Shown in pieces: positions 57,750 to 64,000 of a stretch of 64,000 nucleotides of DNA (positions are counted from its first letter, which is position 1; every line of letters begins with the position of its first letter). Source of the DNA: a virus; IMG/VR virus record IMGVR_UViG_3300021138_000016, positions 14,143-78,142 of that record. The stretch is one strand, 5' to 3'. The notes under the pieces were generated by a model that was not told the DNA's origin, did not search any database, and saw only the letters and a program-made list of their open reading frames with translations. A program made the translations under genes and the position numbers.

Positions 57750-58835
57750 ATGAGTAACAGTAAAGAACAATTATTTAGTGATGATTATGTAAGGGGGTTT
57801 TTAAACGGAGTATTGCCTCCTTTTATGGGGATGGAAACACAATGGAGTAATTATAAAAATTCACATCCCCCCATTCCCGAACCAATAGTAGAAATGCCCC
57901 GTAGTAAACACCCTATCGAGTTAGTAAACGAAAAGTACCCTAATGGGTGGTATTGCGAGGAATTTCAAGAAGTAAAAGACGATATAAGAAGTCGTTTAGG
58001 TGAAGATGCTTATTGTTTTATTGATGGTATCAAATATTGGGGTAAAGATAATAGCCCTAGTAATTGTATTTATGCTGCTGATAATAGTAAATTTAGCGAC
58101 GGCTATACTTTCATCACCCGTTCCGAGTATATGGCGATTACGAGACCACAACAACGAGACTATACGGGGGTGAAGTTTAGGCATAAGTCGTCGGAAGAAA
58201 TTAATATATTAAACAAATACGGAAATGATTATAGGGTAGAAGGTTGGTATTACTATTCAAATGAGGCTATTACTTCATGCCAAATTTCAGTTTTATTTCA
58301 AGACGGCACTTGGATAGAAATCCCCAATGAAGAAAAATGGCAACCAAAAGTAGGCGAATTAGTAGAGATATACGGTGACAATGAATCAGACGGGGTTTTC
58401 AGAGGCGAATACAGTTATACTACAAAAGATGGGTATCATTACATTAAGGGGAAAGATGCCATTGGGTGTATTAATATACGTCCTGCTTCTAAATCCATCC
58501 ACATCGAACAACCGAAGCCTGAACCAACACAAAGGATTGAATCTTTAGAGAAAAGTAGAAAAGAATTGTTTACTAATCAAAGTAATATTTTTAGTAGGCT
58601 AGATGCGTTAGAATTACAAGATGAAAAATACCAAAAGATGTTATATAAGTGGGATGAAACTTTAGAGGGGTTACAACATTTATTAAAACCCCAACCAACT
58701 AAAAAAAATCTTGATATAGAGGGGCATGATTGGAGGAAAGTAGAATGTTTAAGTTGGGATGATTTAAAAGGATTTATTAATACAGATTTTTATTCTGATG
58801 TAAAGCAATTAATTTGGTTAAAAACAAAAAAATAA
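57750..58835 (+). CDS. Modular hypothetical phage protein
   Basis: 361-aa ORF. Confidence 0.65.
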   Translation: MSNSKEQLFSDDYVRGFLNGVLPPFMGMETQWSNYKNSHPPIPEPIVEMPRSKHPIELVNEKYPNGWYCEEFQEVKDDIRSRLGEDAYCFIDGIKYWGKDNSPSNCIYAADNSKFSDGYTFITRSEYMAITRPQQRDYTGVKFRHKSSEEINILNKYGNDYRVEGWYYYSNEAITSCQISVLFQDGTWIEIPNEEKWQPKVGELVEIYGDNESDGVFRGEYSYTTKDGYHYIKGKDAIGCINIRPASKSIHIEQPKPEPTQRIESLEKSRKELFTNQSNIFSRLDALELQDEKYQKMLYKWDETLEGLQHLLKPQPTKKNLDIEGHDWRKVECLSWDDLKGFINTDFYSDVKQLIWLKTKK

Positions 58836-59179
58836 TGAGCGAACAAAGAAGCAATATCATAAGTGCCTTTCACCACCTTAAAGTATCAAGGGAGTATTGG
58901 GAAGATTTAAAAAGGGAGTTGCCCGAAACTGACGCAGAAAAGTTAGCAAACCGATATATCAAAAAGATAGATTGGTGCTATGGGGATTTTATTACTATCC
59001 CTGCTTTCCCCGATGCAGTAAGAGAAGGGGTTAGGTTAGAATGGAGTAGTGATGTGTTAGCAATCCCCGAAATAATGAATAAGATTTCGTTACTAACCCC
59101 CGATAAAAGAAGTTTAGTTGAAGAACTTGTTGATGCTTTATATCGAGGGGAAAAAATTACTTTTGAAGAAAAGGTTTAG
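58835..59179 (+). CDS. Hypothetical protein (start ATG 58835)
   Basis: TAATG coupling with the previous gene. Confidence 0.65.
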   Translation: MSEQRSNIISAFHHLKVSREYWEDLKRELPETDAEKLANRYIKKIDWCYGDFITIPAFPDAVREGVRLEWSSDVLAIPEIMNKISLLTPDKRSLVEELVDALYRGEKITFEEKV

Positions 59180-59290
59180 TTACATTATATTTGCAATAAA
59201 TAATACAGGTCGCATCTGTATCATTAAACTTATTGCCCCTTTAGATTGGTACTTTATGCGACAAAGTACTGGTTTTTAGGGGCTATTTTA
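59162..59290 (+). promoter_or_regulatory. Promoter plus two-hairpin kissing-loop leader RNA
   Basis: -33 TTTG at 59162-65 and -7 TATATTTG at 59186-93. Hairpin loops GTCGCAT (59209-15) and ATGCGAC (59256-62) are complementary. Confidence 0.7.
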
Positions 59291-59301
59291 ATTTAAAAAA
59301 A

Positions 59302-60672
59302 ATGGAAGATTACAAAGAGTTTCTGCAAAAGAAACGGCACTCAATAGGGGATAGTGGATTTAAGCCTACTTGGTTCCCATGTATAGGATTTGATTTCCAA
59401 AATTATATTATTGAAAAAAATATTGTTAAAGGTAGAATAGCAAACTTTTTAGATACAGGATTAGGTAAAACATTAATCCAGATATCAACAGCCTACAACA
59501 TTGTTTTACATACAAATAAACGTGTGCTAATACTTACTCCATTAGCGGTTGCTTTTCAGTTTATTAAAGAGGCGGAAAAGTTAGGTATAGATGATATTGA
59601 ATATTCTAAGGATGGAAAGTTTACTAAGAAGATTGTTATATGTAATTACGAGCGATTACACTATTTTAACAGCAGCGATTTTGTAGGTGTATTATTAGAC
59701 GAAAGTAGTATTCTTAAAAACTTTGAAGGGGCTATTAAAAACGAAGTAAATACTTTTATTAAAAAAGTCCCTTACCGTTTTCTTTCTACTGCAACGCCAT
59801 CGCCAAACGACTTTATTGAACTTGGCACAAGTAGCGAAGCATTAGGCTACATGGGTTATATGGATATGCTTACAAAGTTCTTTAAAAACAATCAAAATAG
59901 CGTAGATAGTAACAACAGGAATATAGGCGAAAAGTTTTATCTTAAACCACACGCCGAAGAAAGTTTTTTTGCTTGGGTTAATCAATGGTCTGTAATGTGC
60001 AAAATGCCTAGCGACTTAGGATTTAGTGACGAACGATATAATTTGCCCAATTTAATAGTAAAAAAACATACAGTTCAAAATCAATCCTTAATTGATATTA
60101 GCGGACAAATACAAATGTTTACGCCTATTGCTAAGTCAATGACAGAGGTTAGATTTGAGCAAAAGCAAACAGAAGAAAAGCGTTGCGAAAAAGCTATTGA
60201 ATTAGCAAAAGACAAACTTTCTGTTTACTGGTGTAATACAAATAACGAAAGCGCAATTTTAAAACAAAACGACAAAGAAGCCGTTGAGATAATAGGCAGT
60301 CAATCAATAGAAAAGAAAGAAGAAATATTGATTGCATTTGCTAACGGTGAAATAAAACGTTTGATAACCAAAGCTAAGATGACAGGCATGGGATTAAACT
60401 GGCAACATTGTAACCATTCTGTTTTCTTTCCAACTTGGAGTTATGAACAATATTATCAAGCGATTAGAAGGTTTTGGCGTTTCGGTCAGACTAAAGATGT
60501 TACTATTGATATGGTAATTTCGGACGGTCAAACTAGGGTTATTGAGGCACTACAACAAAAGACAGAAAAAGCTATACAACTTTATCAGAACCTTACAAAA
60601 AACGTAAACAAAGATTTTACACATAAGACTAAAGAATTTAACAAACAAATTATTTTACCTTCATTTATTTAA
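59302..60672 (+). CDS. SNF2-like SF2 helicase
   Basis: DTGLGKT, LDESS, TATP, GLNWQ, QAIRRFWRFGQ. Confidence 0.88.
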   Translation: MEDYKEFLQKKRHSIGDSGFKPTWFPCIGFDFQNYIIEKNIVKGRIANFLDTGLGKTLIQISTAYNIVLHTNKRVLILTPLAVAFQFIKEAEKLGIDDIEYSKDGKFTKKIVICNYERLHYFNSSDFVGVLLDESSILKNFEGAIKNEVNTFIKKVPYRFLSTATPSPNDFIELGTSSEALGYMGYMDMLTKFFKNNQNSVDSNNRNIGEKFYLKPHAEESFFAWVNQWSVMCKMPSDLGFSDERYNLPNLIVKKHTVQNQSLIDISGQIQMFTPIAKSMTEVRFEQKQTEEKRCEKAIELAKDKLSVYWCNTNNESAILKQNDKEAVEIIGSQSIEKKEEILIAFANGEIKRLITKAKMTGMGLNWQHCNHSVFFPTWSYEQYYQAIRRFWRFGQTKDVTIDMVISDGQTRVIEALQQKTEKAIQLYQNLTKNVNKDFTHKTKEFNKQIILPSFI

Positions 60673-60674
60673 TT

Positions 60675-61721
60675 ATGAAAAAGAAAACACAAGAAAAAGA
60701 AGTTCTAATTAAAGAACAAGTAGTTACCGAAAATTATAGCATTTATAATGCCGACTGCATGGATGTTATTAATGCGATGCCAGACGAAAGTATTGACCTA
60801 TCTATTTACTCCCCTCCATTTGCAGGTTTGTACAATTATTCTAGTAGCGAAAGGGATTTTAGTAACTGCGAAAGTAAAGAACAATTTTTGCAGCAGTATG
60901 AGTTTTTAATTGAACAAATGGCAAGGGTGACAAAGAAAGGTAGAATTAACGCCGTACACGTTACAGATGTACATACTAACACATGCCAACTATGGGACTT
61001 TCCACATGAAGTTATTGCACTTCACGAAAAGTACGGTTTTGAATATCGTAATAGAATAACCATTTGGAAAGAACCTTTAAAAGTTAGGATGAGAACAATG
61101 GTTCAATCTTTGATGCACAAATTTATAGTCGAGGATAGTACAAAGTGTTTTACTGCTATGCCCGATTATGTGCTTATATTTACAAAAAAAGGCGAAAATA
61201 AAACCCCTGTTATCCATCCTTTTGGTCTTACTCATTATGCAGGCGAAATACCTATTTTACCAAATATTCTAAAGGCTTGGAATAATGCAAACGAAAGTGA
61301 TTTAAACGAGGATGAACTTTGGGAACATTTGAAAGTTTCTTTTGATGACCACAAAGACCCTAAGACTAATAAACTATCGCACTACATTTGGCAGCGTTAC
61401 GCCTCTAGCACTTGGGATGATATTAGAATAGACGAAGTTTTGCAGTTTAAAGACAGCAAAGAAGAAGATGACGAGAAGCATGTTCACCCTTTGCAATTAG
61501 ATGTTATTGATAGACTAGTGGAACTTTACAGCAATCCTAACGAAGTTGTATTTACTCCTTTTATGGGTGTTGGTAGTGAAGTTTATAGCCCTGTTTCTAT
61601 GGGTCGTAAAGCGATAGGAGTTGAGTTAAAAGATAGCTATTTTAAACAAGCTATTATGAACTTGAAAGAAGTTAAAGTAAGGTTTAAAACTACTGATATA
61701 CATCAACAATCCCTATTTTAA
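60675..61721 (+). CDS. DNA methyltransferase (N4-C/N6-A, beta class)
   Basis: SIYSPPF catalytic motif; FTPFMGVGS SAM-binding motif. Confidence 0.88.
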   Translation: MKKKTQEKEVLIKEQVVTENYSIYNADCMDVINAMPDESIDLSIYSPPFAGLYNYSSSERDFSNCESKEQFLQQYEFLIEQMARVTKKGRINAVHVTDVHTNTCQLWDFPHEVIALHEKYGFEYRNRITIWKEPLKVRMRTMVQSLMHKFIVEDSTKCFTAMPDYVLIFTKKGENKTPVIHPFGLTHYAGEIPILPNILKAWNNANESDLNEDELWEHLKVSFDDHKDPKTNKLSHYIWQRYASSTWDDIRIDEVLQFKDSKEEDDEKHVHPLQLDVIDRLVELYSNPNEVVFTPFMGVGSEVYSPVSMGRKAIGVELKDSYFKQAIMNLKEVKVRFKTTDIHQQSLF

Positions 61722-61751
61722 CATAAGTGTTTTCATTTTGGTTTAATGTGT

Positions 61752-61787
61752 AAGCCCTGCATTTTTATGTGGGGCTTTTTTGTTTTT
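61752..61787 (+). terminator. Intrinsic terminator
   Basis: Stem aagccctgcat / atgtggggctt plus T run, at the convergence of operons. Confidence 0.8.
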
Positions 61788-61809
61788 AAGGCATAAAAAA
61801 AGGCAACCG

Positions 61810-62007
61810 TTATTGGTTGCCTAAAAGTTTATCACAAACAGAAACAATATATTCCCAACTATTATCTTGGGTTAATAATACTTCTTTGTCTTTGTAGTTA
61901 AGACGTACCCAAATATTATCAGACCCCACTAACTTACTTATTCTTTTGTAACGGGGGTGATGTAACAAAGTAGTGATGTTGTGTTCCCAAACTTCTTGTT
62001 CTATCAT
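61810..62007 (-). CDS. Hypothetical protein
   Basis: 65 aa, ATGA-coupled. Confidence 0.55.
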   Translation of the reverse strand: MIEQEVWEHNITTLLHHPRYKRISKLVGSDNIWVRLNYKDKEVLLTQDNSWEYIVSVCDKLLGNQ

Positions 62008-62405
62008 TTTAAAAAATTTTCTAGTATTTCTTTTTTTAATTTCATTTGGTTGGGCAAGTATTCTTTGTTATACCAATCGGAAGCCTCTTTATTTTTGCAA
62101 TACCAAAATAGTTCTTGTAAACTTTTGGATGGTTCAAAAACTATTTTATCGACCCTCACTGTAAAATCTTTACTTTTTCTGCCATAACTAATCCGCCAAC
62201 CTTCCCCATACATAAATGGGCTACCTAATTTTCCTAGACCACAAGTATATCCTCCAAGAGATATATCTGATTTTATTTTATCTTCAATGTTTTTCATTTC
62301 TTCTTTTGAAGGTTCAATTACATCGTAATCGAGATTACGCCTTTTTGCTATTGGTTCGTCTTTTAAAACGGCAAAAAATTTCCAAATATCTTTTTTTTGT
62401 ACCAT
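62004..62405 (-). CDS. Hypothetical protein
   Basis: 133-aa ORF. Confidence 0.6.
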   Translation of the reverse strand: MVQKKDIWKFFAVLKDEPIAKRRNLDYDVIEPSKEEMKNIEDKIKSDISLGGYTCGLGKLGSPFMYGEGWRISYGRKSKDFTVRVDKIVFEPSKSLQELFWYCKNKEASDWYNKEYLPNQMKLKKEILENFLK

Positions 62406-62407
62406 AA

Positions 62408-62572
62408 CTAAAATAAATTATCAATTAAAATAATAGAGTAACGTTTCCCCTTCCAATTATAGTAAAGCACAAGTAACCCTGCTTTTGGTAGATAGTCAAA
62501 TGAAATATCTAAGGTCAATAGTAGAATTATAAAAAGGGGGATGATTGCACCACAAAAAAATAGATTTGTCAT
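62408..62572 (-). CDS. 54-aa membrane peptide (not in ORF track)
   Basis: MTNLFFCGAIIPLFIILLLTLDISF...DNLF* fills the gap between genes. Confidence 0.5.
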   Translation of the reverse strand: MTNLFFCGAIIPLFIILLLTLDISFDYLPKAGLLVLYYNWKGKRYSIILIDNLF

Positions 62573-62602
62573 ATTTGTTTTTTTATCCGTTCATTAATAT
62601 TC

Positions 62603-63163
62603 TTAATAAGTTTTTTCTGATTTTGCTATTGAAGAATTATATATGTCTATAAGTTTTTCTTTAAACTCAATATTAGATTTACTTACTTCTATTAATGAAT
62701 CCAATGCAGAAAATCTTCTTTTAGAATAAATATCTTCGTTTATATACTTGTATGTAGTAAACCTTATTCCATGCTGCAAATCAATTAAGTATTTTATATA
62801 CCCAATATTAACCCCCCAATTAAATATATAAGCCATGTCTTTAGTTAGTTTGTCCCCAACTAAGAATAACTCTATATTTACAGAATCAAAACATTTTACT
62901 GCCGATTCGTAGAAATGCTGCCCATATTCTATTAATTGAATGGCTGCACTAATGCCTAATTCATCTTTTTTTAATTCATAAATACTTACATCTAAAGTAT
63001 TGTCAATGATAGAATATGAAACAATGTCTGGGACTTTACCCGTAGGTAAAGTTAATTGAGATACTACAATATTTTTAATTCCCGAAAACCCCCTTATAAT
63101 AGCATCATTTACTTCTTTTACTATAAAGTTTTCTAAATTCTTTTCTGAAAAAATCTTGCTCAT
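62603..63163 (-). CDS. PD-(D/E)XK nuclease-like protein (NucS/Mrr-like)
   Basis: SEKNLE...GKVPDIV...YELKK...AAIQLIEY. Confidence 0.65.
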   Translation of the reverse strand: MSKIFSEKNLENFIVKEVNDAIIRGFSGIKNIVVSQLTLPTGKVPDIVSYSIIDNTLDVSIYELKKDELGISAAIQLIEYGQHFYESAVKCFDSVNIELFLVGDKLTKDMAYIFNWGVNIGYIKYLIDLQHGIRFTTYKYINEDIYSKRRFSALDSLIEVSKSNIEFKEKLIDIYNSSIAKSEKTY

Positions 63164-63190
63164 GTTTATTTATTTTAATGATTACTAATA

Positions 63191-63505
63191 TCAAATTTTG
63201 CTTCTCCATCTTTGTTCCATGAAATTATTTATAGAACTTTCAGACTTGTATTTGTTTTGGGGTACTGTTTTTTCAATAGGGTTTTCTTTTTTTTCTTCAA
63301 CCACCTTTATTACTTCCTTTTTGTCGCCGACTTTAAAATATTCTAAAAAAGGTTTGACCCATTTCTTAGGTAGTTTTCTTTTCCCTTTTAAAAACTGCTG
63401 CAAACTATTCTTAGGCAACTTAATCTCACGTTCTAAATCGGTAATAGATTTATAAACAGGTAATGCTTCAATCAACTTTTTTGCTTCTTCAATACTTAAT
63501 TCCAT
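63191..63505 (-). CDS. HTH DNA-binding protein (start revised to ATG 63505)
   Basis: SITDLEREIKLPKNSLQQFLKGKRKLPKKW. Confidence 0.7.
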   Translation of the reverse strand: MELSIEEAKKLIEALPVYKSITDLEREIKLPKNSLQQFLKGKRKLPKKWVKPFLEYFKVGDKKEVIKVVEEKKENPIEKTVPQNKYKSESSINNFMEQRWRSKI

Positions 63506-63510
63506 TTCGA

Positions 63511-63584
63511 TAAACAAATTTAAGCAAAGATAAGCACTTTTAATCAATAATAAACACTTTTAATCAATAATAAACACTTTTAAT
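63511..63584. repeat. 10-bp-phased TAANCA array (20-bp tandem repeat) overlapping a promoter
   Basis: TAANCA at 63511, 63521, 63531, 63541, 63551, 63561 and 63571; minus-strand -7 TATCTTTG at 63532-63525. Confidence 0.8.
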
Positions 63585-63587
63585 TAT

Positions 63588-63854
63588 TTATTTTTTCATA
63601 TTCGTGTAATAATCCTCCAAAATTTTCGATAGCTCTTCGTTTTTTGAGACGAATTGCCCGTTTATTTTTCGTACTTTAATGACTTCAAAACCGTTTTCTT
63701 CTATGTATTTTTCTATGTCTTGACGGTCTTTTTGGGTGGGGATTATTGCCCCCGAAGCCACATTTAGCACTTTAGTTTCATCCCATTGCAGCCCACACGC
63801 CACCACATCACTATCAAGATTATACTCCAACATCACCATTTTAAGTCCATTCAT
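63588..63854 (-). CDS. Possible HTH-like protein (start revised to ATG 63854)
   Basis: LDSDVVACGLQWDETKVLNVASGAIIP; -7 TAGTTTTG at 63879-63872. Confidence 0.5.
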   Translation of the reverse strand: MNGLKMVMLEYNLDSDVVACGLQWDETKVLNVASGAIIPTQKDRQDIEKYIEENGFEVIKVRKINGQFVSKNEELSKILEDYYTNMKK

Positions 63855-64000
63855 AACATAACTATTTTGCCCAAAACTAAAAGCAAACAAACACACTATC
63901 AAATCTAATCGGTAAACAACCAACCCCCAACACATAAGCACACGAGTAAGGGAATAAACCCACCTAATCAAAACAAATCGGTGAATAACCCGTTAAAATC

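Larger units (their letters stand above)
1..64000. mobile_element. Tailed dsDNA phage genome segment with a crAss-like/Flavobacteria-podovirus-type virion module; Bacteroidota host
   Basis: TerL, portal, MCP, tail, ejection, lysis and replication genes are densely packed. No host housekeeping genes. Bacteroidota-type promoters are present. Confidence 0.95.

Noticed and set aside
63511-63584. CRISPR mini-array
   Set aside because: Head-to-tail 10/20-bp repeats with no unique spacers
1-64000. Stop-codon reassignment (TAG or TGA), as in some crAss-like phages
   Set aside because: Long ORFs are intact in the standard code, MCP and portal end in TAG, and many genes use ATGA overlaps
63855-64000. 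Upstream extension of the 63588 ORF, or a genome terminus
   Set aside because: The extension contains a promoter-like element and looks non-coding; a terminus cannot be judged at the window edge

Overview
This is a 64-kb segment of an AT-rich tailed dsDNA phage genome. The host is almost certainly a Bacteroidota: TAnnTTTG -7 promoters, A-rich starts without Shine-Dalgarno sequences, and signal peptides with Gln at +1. The minus-strand late arm (53.7 kb down to 1) holds: small genes and NinG; a cluster of glycosyltransferases and methyltransferases; terminase; a GroES-like protein; portal, scaffold and major capsid protein resembling those of crAss-like/Flavobacteria podoviruses; tail ring and muzzle proteins; a GIY-YIG homing endonuclease; three ejection proteins (largest 2973 aa); a PurD-like ATP-grasp/HExxE gene pair; three fibre-like proteins carrying Sec signal peptides; and a lysis cassette. 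The plus-strand arm (53.9-61.7 kb) is a lambda-style replication module: Cro-like HTH, initiator with internal iterons, DnaC-like ATPase, DnaB, SSB, SNF2-like helicase and DNA methyltransferase. The most striking candidate system is tail-fibre-position proteins that appear to be exported to the periplasm and are enriched in Bacteroidota O-glycosylation sequons D-(S/T), in a genome that also encodes its own glycan-building and methylating enzymes. Other leads are two promoter-proximal pseudoknot/kissing-loop leader RNAs, an Acb2/Tad1-like anti-defence candidate, a frameshifted gene at a homopolymer, and a 10-bp-phased operator array. I saw no tRNA, rRNA, CRISPR array or integrase. All family assignments come from motif recognition by eye, not from database searches.
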